From the human T2T-CHM13v2.0 reference genome, Homo sapiens: a stretch of 64,000 bases of DNA. Shown in pieces: positions 42,981 through 55,945 of this stretch; the first letter of the stretch is position 1, and each line of letters starts with the position of its first letter. The stretch lies in assembly GCF_009914755.1 (NCBI RefSeq), contig NC_060925.1. One strand, 5' to 3'. The position numbers and the translations under genes were made by a program. The notes under the pieces were generated by a model. The model did no database searches. It saw only the letters and a program-made list of their open reading frames with translations, and was not told the origin of the DNA.

Positions 42981-43729
42981 CAATTTTTAAATGGGCAAAA
43001 AACATGAAAAGACATTTCTTTGAAGAGGCTATACAAATGGAAATTAAGCACATGAAAATGCATGCAACATCATTAGCTACTAGAGAAATACCAATCAAAA
43101 CCATAGTGAGTTATCCTACACACCAATCAAAATGGCTATATTAAAAAAAATACTCACAACACAAAAATAGTGGTAATAATATGCAGGTAAAAAGGTGGAG
43201 AAATAGTATTACTTACAGTATTGTTGCAAATGGGAATGTAAAATGGTACATTCACCGTGGGAAACAGTTTGGTAGTTTTTTAAAAGTATGTATATTAAAA
43301 ATAGGCTTACCATATAATACAGCACTTGGACTCTTGGGCAGAGGAGAAAACTTATTTTCAAGCAGAAATTTACACATAAATGTTTAAAGCAGCTTTATTC
43401 ATAACAGCCAAAACCTATAAACTATGCAAATGTCCTTTAATGGATGGATGGTTAAACAGTGCTTCATTCTGTGATTAAAAAGGAATAAACAACTGATACA
43501 GACAAAAACTTTGATGAACTTCAAGGGAATTACACTGAATTAAAAAATCCAATCTCAAAAGGATACACAGTACACAATTTCATTTATACAGTATTTGTGA
43601 AATGACAGAATTCTACAGATAGAAAACAAGTTAGTTTTTGCTAGTGGCAAGGGAATGGATGTGGTGTTGGTGGCTAGAAATGAATTGCACCAGGGATCCC
43701 GTGATGACAGTACTGGAAGTATCTTGGTA

Positions 43730-44132
43730 TGATATGGTTTGGATCTGTGTCCCCACCCAAATCTCATGTTAAATTATAATCCCCAATGTTGGAAGTGGGG
43801 CCTGGTGGGAGATGATTGGCTTGTGGAGGTGGTTTCTAATGGTTTAGCACCATCCCTCTAGTGCTGTCTTATGATAGAGTTCTCACAATATCTGGTTAAA
43901 AATGTGTGGCACCTCCCCCACTCTCTCTTCCTCTTGTTCCAGCCATGTAAGACATGCCTGCTTCCCCTTTCCCTTCTGCCATGATTGTAAGTTCCTGAGG
44001 CCTCCCTGAGCAGATGCCAGCATTATGCTACCTATACAGCCTATAGAACCATGAGCCAATTAAACATCTTTCCTTTATAAATTGCCCAATTTCATGTATT
44101 TCTTTGTAGCAGTAAGAGAATGAAGTAAAACT
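43730..44132 (+). mobile_element. MSTA-like solo LTR
   Basis: tgatatggtttggatctgtgtccccacccaaatctc...gagccaattaaac; TSD tggta/tggtg. Confidence 0.9.
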
Positions 44133-44179
44133 TGGTGGTAATTACAAAAAGCTGTACATGAGATACAATTGCATAGAGC

Positions 44180-44221
44180 TACACACACACCTACACACAC
44201 ACACATACACACACACACACA
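44180..44221. repeat. Interrupted (CA)n microsatellite
   Basis: acacacacacctacacacacacacatacacacacacacac. Confidence 0.9.
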
Positions 44222-44850
44222 AATCAAATAGTTGCATGTTTAACTGGTGAAATCTGAATATGTTTTGTGGATTATACCAGTGCCAATTTTCTGGTATTAA
44301 TAGGTACTATAATTATGTTAACATTGGTGAAAGTTGGACAAAGGATGCGTGGGAACTTCCTGTGCATTTCTTTGCAATTTTGTAGGAATCTATAATTATT
44401 TCTAAATAAAAAGTAAAAACAACAACAAAATATAAAATGATGGCAATTAACTTCGGTGCTAGAACATGAGTAGACACACCAATGAAACCAAATAGAAATT
44501 CCAGAAACACACTTTAACATATAAATGATGAAGTAATATATGTTAACAATTTAAAAAGCAGCATCTCAACTTAGTGGACAGAAAATTGACTGCTCTCTAA
44601 AGGTCTTGGGACAAATGACTGTTCATTTAAAAAAATAAATCTAGATCCCTACTCAATAGTTAACAGAAATGAGCTCCAAGTGGATGAAAAATTAATATAC
44701 GAACAGAAACTGTACAAGTACTAGAAAAACGTATGATGGATTTTTTTAATAATCTAAGATGGAATCTGTCTTTCTAAATAAAATTCAAAAATTTTAAGCT
44801 ATGAATGCAGAGCCTTACATTTGATGACAAGAACAGTTTTTTAAAAATGC

Positions 44851-45357
44851 TGGTGGAGTAGTCAGCCTCCAACATGATTCTCAATAACCATTGACACTTG
44901 GTATTCACAACCTTTTGTAGTCATCTCCCACATACTGCAGCAGGATTGGTCTGTGTGATCAATAGCATTGAGCAGAAGTTACGGTGTGTTACTTCCAAGA
45001 CTGGGTTATAATAGACTATGCCTCCTGTTTTGTGTGCTCTCTTATTTCACTCACTCTGTGAAAGAGCTGGCCTGTTGGCAGGAGGTCCGTGTGTTGAGGA
45101 ATTGAAGCCTACAGACAATGGCCAGTGAAGACCTAAGGCCTGCCAACAACCACCATGCGTGAGCTTAAAAGAACATTCTTCAGCCCCAGTTAAGCCTTGA
45201 GGTGATGGCAGCCCTCATGAGAGACTCTGAGCCAGAGCCACCCAGCTAAATTACTACTGGATTCCTGACCCCCAGAGACAGTCTGACATAAAAGTTTGTT
45301 GCTATAAGCTGCTAAATTTGGGGGCAATTTGTTACACAGCAATAGATAACTAATGCA
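44851..45357 (+). mobile_element. MLT1E/F-like LTR
   Basis: gagactctgagccagagccacccagctaaa...tttgttacacagcaatagataactaatgca. Confidence 0.8.
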
Positions 45358-46377
45358 CTTGGATAGCAACATGTAAATTAAAAATATTTGCAAGAATATG
45401 ACAAAGGCTAATTTCCCCAATATATAAAAAAACTCTTAAAAGTAAATAAGCAAAAGACAACCCAATACAAAATGAGGCAAAATAAATGAATAGGTAGTTC
45501 ACTGAAAAAAAATAAGAAAACTGATTATTTATATACACCTGAAGGATACATGCACCTACTAATAACTAAAGAGACACAAACAATAAGGAGGTATCCCTTT
45601 TCATCTGTTAAACTTGCATACCTCAAAATTTGACTGCAGTTCCACTTCTGGTTTGGATGTAGAATATCACAAGATACTATTCCTCTCACTCTGACAACCA
45701 AAATAAGCCAGGTCAGCCACAGAAATGTAATAGTCAGGGTCCAGTCAGAAGATAGAACCCAACCAGTGATTTAACTATTAAAAGAGTTAAGGAGAACTCT
45801 AAGGTGTAATAGAAATAGCAATTGCTAAAACAAGCTGTTATCCTCAGGGTTGAGGGAACAGATGAACCAGGAAAAAGCTAGAAATTTAGAGAAGAGGCTC
45901 ACAGGACTGAGATCCAGACCTCTGAAGAGAATGTGCATATGACACAGGAATGCCAGTCACCATGAAAACCCTATCTAAGCCACGTCGGCCTTCTTACTAC
46001 TTACTTGATGTCTTTGTATTAGCTCTTTCCCCAATCTGGAATGCTTGTCCCTAGACTGGCTCCTTCACAAGGCCTTTATGTTATTGACATCATATCATTA
46101 AATATCATATCATGTCAATATCAATATAATTCATATATTACTATATTATTCAAATATCAATCCCTTCAATCTCTATGGCCTCACAGTATTTTATTTCCAC
46201 TTAGGCACTTTAACACTTTAGCATTGTCTAAAGTTACCTTATTGTTTGTTTGTTTGTTTTTTTAATCTTTCTTCTCTATGTAGAATGAAAGCTCCTTTAA
46301 AGGAGGACTTTACCCATTTCATAGAATAATGTCTGGCAAATAACAGATAATAAATATTTGTTAAATAAAAATATTTA

Positions 46378-46691
<314 letters not shown>

Positions 46692-47409
46692 TCAGTTATG
46701 TTAGTAAGGGGGGCTTGGGTTTTTATTTAGTTTAAGAAAGTTTTCTTTTATAATTCTCTCCAATATCTGAATTTAATTATCTGGAATATGAGTTAGGTTG
46801 TGATTTTTCCCATATCTACTTGTCTTCCTCACTTTCTCCTCTACATTTTCTTAATCAAAAGGAGAGAAACCATTTTCTCCTTAGTGCCTTTTTTATCAGC
46901 AAACTTTTTCTAGATGTTTCCAAAGAGACTTCCCTACATGTTTCATTGCCCAGGACTGAGTCACCTGCCTCTTCCTAGTCCAGCCACTGGCAAGAGAAAT
47001 GGAACTGCTTTGACTGGCTGGCTAATGTTAAATAAAACCTATCTTCCTGGTGAGGGATTGAGTGGGTTACTTTTCTGTGTGCCTGGCATTGTGGAGGGGC
47101 ACAAATGTGCCAAAAAAATTGAGTCTATGCTACAGAAGGGAAGGGGAGATTAATTTTGGCAATCAGTCAACACTCTTGACTGCAGTCCCATTCTTTCAGT
47201 TCCTTTTGTCTCCCCCTATTATTCAAAGGTGTTCGAAAGTTATGGTTTTTATCAGAGTAGCAGCATACTTGGTGCAGTCCCTCAAATTCCCATTCCAACA
47301 ACTCCCTAAAAACAGATATTAGTGGACAGTCAAGGTCTTTCCCAACACCTCAAAATTGAGGGTAAAGCCAAAAACATTATTTCTGATGGTATGTTATTCT
47401 ATTATTTAG

Positions 47410-47972
47410 TAAGTTAATAAATATTCATATAGTGGCTTATGATATGTCAAACACTATTTTAAGCATTTTTTGGTGTTAAAGGGTTACCAGAACAGCCCTG
47501 ACGAAATAGCTGGAAAAATTATTTTTCTTACTGTTTCTCGTTAGTCCCTTATTTATAGGCTCAGCTGCTTAAAGAAACCAGACAGCCCAGGTTGGCACCA
47601 GAGCTTCATGACTCCTGACCAGATATCAGAGGGAGATAATGTTATGGGATCCTTGGAGTGTGGCTTCTCCAGCCAGAAACTCTGCAGCCAGTGGCGCCTT
47701 TGCCTGAGTTTTGCTTTCTATGGCAATGACCGGATGACCTGGAAGTTACTGCCTTTTTCCTAGGAATTTCTGCATAAACCCCCCCTTAATTTGCATATAA
47801 CTAAAAGTCCCTGTTCCTAGTTCAAGCAGCCTACGTGGAAGCACTTCCTAGAGCTTAACCTCTGGGCCCAGAGAGGTTAAGCAATTTGCCTAAAGTCACA
47901 CAGCTGTTAAGCAGTGAAGGCAAGATTCACACTTCAGCTTCAAAATCAGTGCTCTTAGCCACTAAATGCTAG
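47410..47972 (-). mobile_element. MIR split by a composite of LTR fragments (~47474-47860)
   Basis: MIR halves at ~47410-47470 and ~47862-47972; a MER52-like end at 47640-47715 and an LTR-internal segment at 47714-47809 lie between them. Confidence 0.65.
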
Positions 47973-48448
47973 CTGCTGGCTCCTCTGATCTATTTTTCAA
48001 GCTTCAATTTCCCCAGTATGCTGTATAAATTCCTGAGGCTGTATGTCTCCCTAGGGATCATAGAGGCTTCCATGCCTCAGCTATTGTAAAACTGCGTATT
48101 CTGGCCAACTCTAAAAATACCTCCCTATATTTGAGTTAATTCAAATAGGAAACTTTTAGAATCGAAAGTATGGGATTTTTTTCCTGTAACTTTAGATGCC
48201 TTTGTTCCCTGTAAGGATAAACTTGGAATTCACAAGTAAATTGATTAGCCAACACAAATATGCTCTTAATGATTCTGCTATTTAGTTTCCAAGAGAACAT
48301 TATACCCACCAACTCTAGGAAGTGTTTCCATGTAGGCTGCCTTGTTAGAAATAGGCAAAATTCTCACATCTGTATTTTTTAATTAAACTTTATTTTGAGA
48401 TAGCTGTAGATTCTCATGCAGTCATAAAATAATAATATAGAGAGATCC

Positions 48449-48935
48449 TGAGGTAGGAGCAGAGACTTGACTCCAGAGGCAGGGCTTAGGCATGGGACCA
48501 AATTGAGGACTAGCTAAAATAGACACTGCAGGGGAAGCAGCTTTCCATAGGACATGCCCACCACTGTGCCATGTCAATTTACCATTGCCATGGCAACACC
48601 CAGAAGGTACCACTCCTTTCCATGGCAATGACCAGATGACCTGGAAGTTATTGCCTTTTTCCTAGAAATTTCAGCATAAACCGCCCCTTAATTTGCATGT
48701 GATTAAAAGTCAGTATAAATATGACTGCAAAACTGACTGAGCTGCTACTCCAGGTACACTGCCTATAGGGTAGCCCTGCTCCATAAGGAGCAGTACCTGT
48801 GGTGCTGCTGTACACTGCCGCTTCAGTGAAAGTTGCTGTTTAACACCTCCAGCCCACCCTTGAATTCTTTCCTGGGCAAAGCCAAGAACTCTCCTGGGCT
48901 AAGCTCCAATTTTGGGGCTTGCCTGCCCTGCATCA
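48449..48935 (+). mobile_element. ERV1 (MER4-group, MER41-related) solo LTR
   Basis: TG...CA termini; 4-bp TSD atcc at 48445-48448 and 48936-48939; TATA at 48714; palindrome ttgccatggcaa at 48585-48596. Confidence 0.85.
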
Positions 48936-49286
48936 ATCCCATCTCCTTTTTACCCAGTTTCCCTCAATTGTAACATCTTGCTAAACTATAGTACAATATA
49001 CAGCCAGGATATTGACATAGATACAGTCAAAAAACACAATATATCCTTCAGCACAAGGATCCCTCAAGTTGTTCTTTTATAGCCACACCCACTTCCCTCT
49101 TGTAAACCTCCTTTTTAACGCTTGATAATACAAATGTATTCTCCATTTCTATAGTTCTGTCATTTCGAAAATGTTACATAAATAGAATAATGTATTTCAT
49201 AATTATTTAGATGTTTTCTCTTTATTCAACATAATTGGTAGTTCATCCATGTTGTTACATGCATCAATAGGTTTTTTTATTACTAA

Positions 49287-51567
49287 TGTATGAGTTCGTT
49301 TTCATGCTGCTGATAAAGACATACCCAAAACCAGAACAAAAAGAGGTTTAATTGGACTTACAGTTTCACATGGCTGGGGAAGCCTCAGAATCATGGCAGG
49401 AGGCAAAAGGCACATCTTACATGGCAGCCACAAGAGAAAAAGAAGGAAGAAGCAAAAACAGAAACCCCTGATAAACCCATCAGATCTCGTGAGACTTATT
49501 CACTATCACGAGAATAGCCTGGGAAAGACCAGCCAGCATTATTTAATTACCTCCCCCTGGGTCCCTCCTTCAACACATGGGAACTCTAGGAGATACAGTT
49601 CAAGTTGCGATTTGGTTGGGGACACAGCCAAACCATATCATTCCACTCCTGGACCCTCCAAATCTCATGTCTTCACATTTCAAAACCAATCATGCCTTCC
49701 CAAGAGTCCCCCAAAGTCTTAACTCATTTCAGCATTAACACAAAAGTCCAGTCCAAAGTCTCATCTGAGACAAGGCAAGTCCCTTCTGCCTATGAGCCTG
49801 TAAAATCAAAAGCAATCTGGCTACTTCCTAGATACAATGGAGGTACAGGTATTGGGTAAATACAGCCATTTCAAATGGGAGAAATTGGCCAAAACAAAGG
49901 CATTACAGGGCCCATGCAAGTCCAAAATCCAGCGGGGCAGTCAAATTTTAAAGCTCCAAAATGATCTCCTTTGACCCCAGGTCTCACAGCCAGGTGACAT
50001 TGGTGTGAGAAGTGGGTTCCCATGGTCTTGGGCAGCTCCACCCCTGTGGCTTTGCAGGGTACAGCCTCCCTCTTGGCTGCTTTCATAGGCTGGCATTGAG
50101 TGTCTGTGGCTTTTCCAGGTTCATGGTGCAAACTGTTGGTGGATCTACCATTCTGGGGTCTGGAGGACTGTGGCCCTCCTCTCATAGCTCCACTAGGCAG
50201 TGCCCCAGTAGGGACTCTGTGGGGGCTCCAACCCCACATTTCCTTTCCACATTGCCCTAGCCTAAGTTCTCCATGAGGGCCCTGCCCCTGCAGCAAACTT
50301 TTGCCTGGGCATCCAGGCATTTCCATACATCTTCTAAAATCTAGGTGGAAGTTCCCAAACCTCAATTCTTTACTTCTGTGCACCCGCAGACTTAACATCA
50401 CGTGGAAACTGCCAAGGCTTTGGGCTTCCACCCTCTGAAGTCACAGCCCAAGCTCTATGTTTGCCTCTTTCAGCCATAGCTGGAGTGGCTGGGACAGAGG
50501 GCACTAAGTCCCTAGGCTGCACACAGTACAGGGGCCCTGGTTCCAGCCCACGAAACCACTTTTTCCTCCTGGTCCTCCAGGCCTGTGATAGGAGGGGCTG
50601 CTGTGAAGGTCTCTAACATCACCTGGAGACCTTCTTCCCATGGTCTTGGGGATTAACATCAGGATCCTTGCTACTTATGCAAATTTCTGCAGCTGGCTTG
50701 AATTTCTCCTCAAAAAATGGGTTTTTCTTTTCTACTGCATCATCAGGCTGCAAATTTTCTGAACTTTTATGCTCTGTTTCCCTTTTAAAATGGAATGCTT
50801 TTAACAGCACCCAAGTCACCTTTTGAGTGCTTTGCTGCTTAGAAATTTCTTCACCAGACACCCTAAATCCTCTTTCTCAAGTTTAAAGTTCCACAAATCT
50901 CTAGGGCAAGGGCAAAATGCTGCCAGTCTCTTTGCTAAAACATAACAAAAATCACCTTTGCTCCAATTCACAACAAGTTCCTCATGTTCATCTGAGACCA
51001 CCTCAGCCTGGACCTTATCGTTCATATCACTATCAACATTTTTGTTAAAGCCTTTCAGTAAGTCTCTAGGAGGTTCCAAACTTTCCCACATTTTCCTGTC
51101 TTCTTGAGCCCTCCAAACTGTTGCAACCTCTGCCTGTTACCCACTTCCAAAGTTGCTTCCACATTTTCGGGTATCTTTTCAGTGACACCCTTCTCTACTG
51201 GTACCAATTTACTGTATTAGTTCATTTTCATGCGCTGATAAAGACATACCCAAAACTGGGAACAAAAAGAGGTTTAATTGGACTTACAGTTCCACATGGC
51301 TGGGGAGGCCTCAGAACCATGGCAGGAAGCAGAAGACACTCCTTACGTGGTGGCAGCAAGAGAAAAATGAGGAAGAATCAAAAGTGAAAGCCCTTGATAA
51401 ACCCATCAGATCTCATGACACTCATTCACTATCACGAGAATAGCACAGTGAAGACCAGCTCCCATGATTCAATTATCTCTGGCTGGGTCCCTCCCACAAC
51501 ATGTGGGAATTCTGGAAGATAACAGTTCAAGTTGAGATTTGGGTGGGGACACAGCCAAACCATATCA
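49287..51567 (-). mobile_element. Complete THE1 (THE1A-like) MaLR: LTR, internal region, LTR
   Basis: LTRs at 49287-49640 and 51213-51567 around a ~1.57 kb internal region; TSD actaa/tctaa. Confidence 0.93.
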
Positions 51568-52499
51568 TCTAAGTACTTTACTATGTATCACTAACCATTC
51601 ACTTGTTGAAGGACATCTAGGTTGTTTCTAATTTAAGGCTGTTACAAATAACGTTGCTATAAACATTCCTATAAAGTTTTTTATGCAAACATAAGCCTTT
51701 ATTTGTCTTGGATAATTGACCAATAGTGCAATTTCTGGGTCATATATAAGTAACATATTTAGATTTTAAGAAACTGCCAAGCTGGTTTCCAGAGTGGCTG
51801 TATCATTTTACATTTCTACCACCAGTTTGTGAATGTTCTACTTTCTTTTTATTCATGCCAGCATTTGATACTGTCACTGTTTTTATTTTAGCCATTTCAA
51901 TAGGTAGGTAATTATATGTCATGATGATTTTAATGTGAATTTCACTAATGGGTAATAATGTTGAATATCTTTTCATTGCTTATTTGCCATCTTATATCCT
52001 CTTTGCTGAAATATCTCTTCATATCTTTTGCCAATTTTAAGTTGGATTGTTTTGGCATTTTTTTAAACTCTTGAATTTGAGAGTCATTTATGTAGTCTAG
52101 ATACTGGTTTTTGTTAGATATTTGGTTTTCAAATATTTTCTCTCAGTCTATAGTTCACCTTTGCATCATTTAAGTAAAGTATTTTGCACAGCTAAATTTT
52201 TAAATTCTGATGTTCAATTTATCATTTTTTTTCATATGGATTATGTTTTTGGTAACAAGTCTAAGAACTCTCTGTCTAGCCCCAGATTCTGAAAATTTTC
52301 TCCTAGGTTTTTTCTAGTTTTTATAGTTTTACATTTTACATTAACAGCCATGATCCATTATAAGTTAATTTTTGTATAAGGTGTCAAACTTAGGTTGAGA
52401 TTTATTTTTTTTCCTATGGGTGTCCAATTGTCCCGCTACCATTGGTTTAAAAGGTTTCCTTTCTCAAACAAATTGCTTTTGCACCTTTGTCAAAAACAG

Positions 52500-54962
52500 C
52501 AGGGGATGTCAAGGAAATGATGAAGTAGGAAGCATCAGGAATCTGTCTGTCCACCTAGGCAACAATTCTACTAGCAGAAATTGTCTGAAGTAACTATTTC
52601 TGATGCTTAAGTGAATTTGAATGCTTGCAGCTTCCAAAAGAAAGGTCAGCTGCTAAATTGCAGTTAATTTCTATCAGTCTTAGCTTTCCCTCAGTAGTGT
52701 CTACCACCTCCCAGTCTCCAATTCTGTACCAGGTAGCTGTGAGGATGAAAGCCCATATTCTTAGTATAGCTTTCTGGAGCCTGAGTGGGCAATAAAGACC
52801 TTTCCCTACAAATACTGGAGTTGTGTGTTCTGATTGCAGATTATGGCTTTTGATTGTTGAGGTGCAAGTTGGGATATTCAAGTGCAATCACATATACGAA
52901 AGAATTTAGAAAGCCATCACACATGCCCAGAGAAAGATATAAGCTCAGAAAATACCTGAGAATACCTTAAGTCTTCACCTCAAACTGAGGCCTGGCACAG
53001 AGACGACCTGCAATATTTTTTTTAATAAAACAGCAAACCCTGTGGAAAGGGGACAATCTGCTTTCCAGAGTTACCACATTACGTAATTTAAATGTTCAGC
53101 TTTCAACAAAAAATCACAAGGCAAACAAAACAATCAGAAAAGTATGGCTCATTCAAAAGAACAAAACAAATCAATGGAAGTTGGACTTACTAGACAATAA
53201 CTTTAAAACAACTGTTTTAAAGATGCTCAAAGATCTAAAAAAGAAAAAACATTTAAAAAGACAGGAAAACAATGTATGAATGAAATGAGAATGTTAATAA
53301 TAATAGAAATTATTCTTTTAAATAGCAAAAATGAAATTTGGAAGCTGAAAGATATAATAACCAAAATGAAAAATAAATCCCAGAGCTGAAAGGTAAGATA
53401 ACTGAAATGAAAAATTTACTAGAGGAGTTAAAAAGCAGATTTGAATAGGCAGAAGAAAGAATGAGCAAACTTTAAGATGGGACGATTAAAATCATTGAGT
53501 CTCAGAAATGGAAAGAAAAAAGAAATATAAATAGAGCCTAAGGAACATGTGAGACATCACGAAATAAACCAATATGTCTACTGTGTGAGTTCCAAAAAGA
53601 GAAGAGAGAGAAAGTGAGTCCAAAATAATAGATTTTAAAGTAATGACGGTGAAATCCCCAAATCTGATGAAATATATGAATCTGTAAGTCCAAGAAGCTC
53701 AACAAACTCCAAGAAGGATAAACTTAAAAAGACCCACAATAAGAAATACTATAATCAAACTATCAAAAACCAAAGACAGTAAGAGAATAATTTTATTTTT
53801 TAATTTTTAAGTAACAGCTTCACTGAAATATAATTTGATGTTTTATACATATATACATTGTAAAATGATTACTACAATCAAACTAATTAACATATCTTTC
53901 ACTTTATATAGTTATCATTTCATTTCCTTTGGCTATGTACCCAGAAATGGAATTGTTGGATCACATGGTAGCTCTACTTTTAATTTTTTGAGCAATTTCT
54001 ATACTGTTTTCAATAATAGCTATAACCAATTTACATTTTCACAAACAGTACAAGGGTTCCCTTTCCTCCATCCTCACCAACACTTGTTATTTTTTGTCTT
54101 TTGGGGAATAGCTATCCTAATAGGTATGAGGTGATATCTCATTGTTATTTTAATTTGCATTTCCCTGATGTTTGGTTATACTGAAATTTTTTTCATATAC
54201 CTGTTGGCCCTTTGTATGTCTTCTTCGGAAAAATGTCTATTCAGTTTCTTTGTTCACATGTACAGAATCTTGAATGCACCAAGGTGGAAGCAACTTGTAA
54301 TATAAAAGAATCTTAAATAAGATTATCAGCCAATTTTTTATCAAAAATCTTAGAGAGCAGAAGAAAGTAGACAGATATATTCAAAGTGCTTGAAAAAAAA
54401 AAAAGTCAAGTAAGAATTCTATTTCCAGCAAAATTGTCCTTCAAAAATGAAGGAGAAATTAAGACATTCCCAGATGAACAAAAGCTGGGGGAATTTGTTA
54501 CTAAAATACCTCCCCTGTAAGAAATGCTAAAGGGAGTCCTTCAGGTTGATATGAAAGGAAACTACACAGTAACTTGACAGTTTGAAGAAAAAAAGGTCTT
54601 TCATAATTGTAAACACATGGGCATTTATAAAAGTTAGTATTCTTGTAATTTTGGTTTGTAACTGTACTTTTCATCTTCTACATAATTTAAAATACAGATG
54701 CATATAAAATCACTAATCTATGTTTCTGGGTGTAAAATATATAAAGATGTAATCTGTGGTATCAATAACAGAAAAGGGGAGCAGACTTGTATTGAAGCAG
54801 AATTGTTGTGTGCTATTGACATTAAATTGATATAAATTCAAGTTAGTCTTATAACTTTGCATGTTAAACATGACCACATAAAACACAACCACAAAAAAAG
54901 CTATAGAACATGAAGAAAAGAAAATAGGAAGGAATCAAATGTTTAATACAAAAAAAAAACTA
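52500..54962 (+). mobile_element. Old L1M 5'UTR, ORF1 and inter-ORF region (host of the L1PA; resumes at 62221)
   Basis: ORF1-like gaaggagaaattaagacattcccagatgaacaaaagctg; inter-ORF sequence ends ggaatcaaatgtttaatacaaaaaaaaaacta. Confidence 0.8.
53790..54255 (-). mobile_element. L1MA 3' fragment with an internal deletion near 53920
   Basis: Reverse L1MA 3' terminus joined directly to tcatttcctttggctatgtacccagaaatgg. Confidence 0.75.
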
Positions 54963-55945
54963 GGCTTCTGGATTCCAAGATGGCCGAATAGGAACAGCTC
55001 TAGTCTGCAGCTCCCAGTGTGATCAACGCAGAAGATGGGTGATTTCTGCATTTCCAACTGCGGTACCTGGTTCATTTCATTGGGACTGGTTGGGCAGTGG
55101 GTGCAGCCCATGGAGGGTGGGCCGAAGCAGGCTGGGGCATCGCCTTACCCAGGAAGTGCAAGGAGTTGAGGGATTTCCCTTTCCTAGTCAAAGGAAGCCG
55201 TGACAGACTGTACCAGGAAAATCGGGACACTCCTGCCTTAATACTGTGCTTTTCCAATGGTCTTAGCAAACAGCACACCAGGAGATTATACCCTGTGCCT
55301 GGCTCAGTGGGTCCCACACCCACGGAGCCCAGCAGTATGAGATCAAACTGCAAGGTGACAGACTGGCTAGGGGAGGGATGTCCACCATTGCTGAGGCTTG
55401 GGTAGGTAAATGAAGTGGCTGGGAAGCTCAAACTGGGTGGACCCCACCACAGCTCAACGAGGCCTGCCTGCCTCTGTAGACTCCAAAGGCAGCAGAAACT
55501 TCTGCAGACTTAAAAGTCCCCGTCTGACCCCTCTGAAGAGAGCAGTGGTTCTCCCAGTATGATGTTTGAGCTCTGAGAACAGACAGACTGCCTCCTCAAG
55601 TGGGTCCCTGACCCCAGTGTAGCCTAACTGGGAGACAACTCCCAGTAGGGGCTGACTGACACCTCATACAGCTGGGTGCCCCTCTGAGATGAAGCTTCCA
55701 TATGAAGGGTTAGGCAGCAATATTTACTGTTCTGCAATATTTGCTGTTCTGCAGCCTCCACTGGTGATACCCAGGAAAACAGGGTCTGAAGTGGACCTCC
55801 AGCAAACTCCAACAGATCTGCAGCTGAGGGACCTGACTGTTAGAAGGAAAACTAACAAACAGGAAGAAATAGCATCAACATCAACAAAAAGGACATCCAC
55901 ACCAAAACCCCTATCTGTAGGTCACCATCATCTAAAACCACAAAG

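Larger units (their letters stand above)
39620..44410 (+). mobile_element. Old L1 (L1MC-like) ORF2 fragments and 3' end, hosting an L1MA and an MST LTR
   Basis: Endonuclease-, RT- and C-terminal-like segments with internal deletions; L1MC-type 3'UTR at ~43400-44410. Confidence 0.8.
48375..52495 (-). mobile_element. L1MC/MD-type 3' portion hosting an ERV1 LTR and THE1
   Basis: Reverse 3' end (taaactttattttgagatagctgtagattctcatgcagt), continuing after each insertion. Confidence 0.8.

Noticed and set aside
49393-51387. ORFs of up to 186 aa within THE1, and similar ORFs in the MST element and Alus
   Set aside because: These are fragments of MaLR internal or Alu sequence, not cellular genes.
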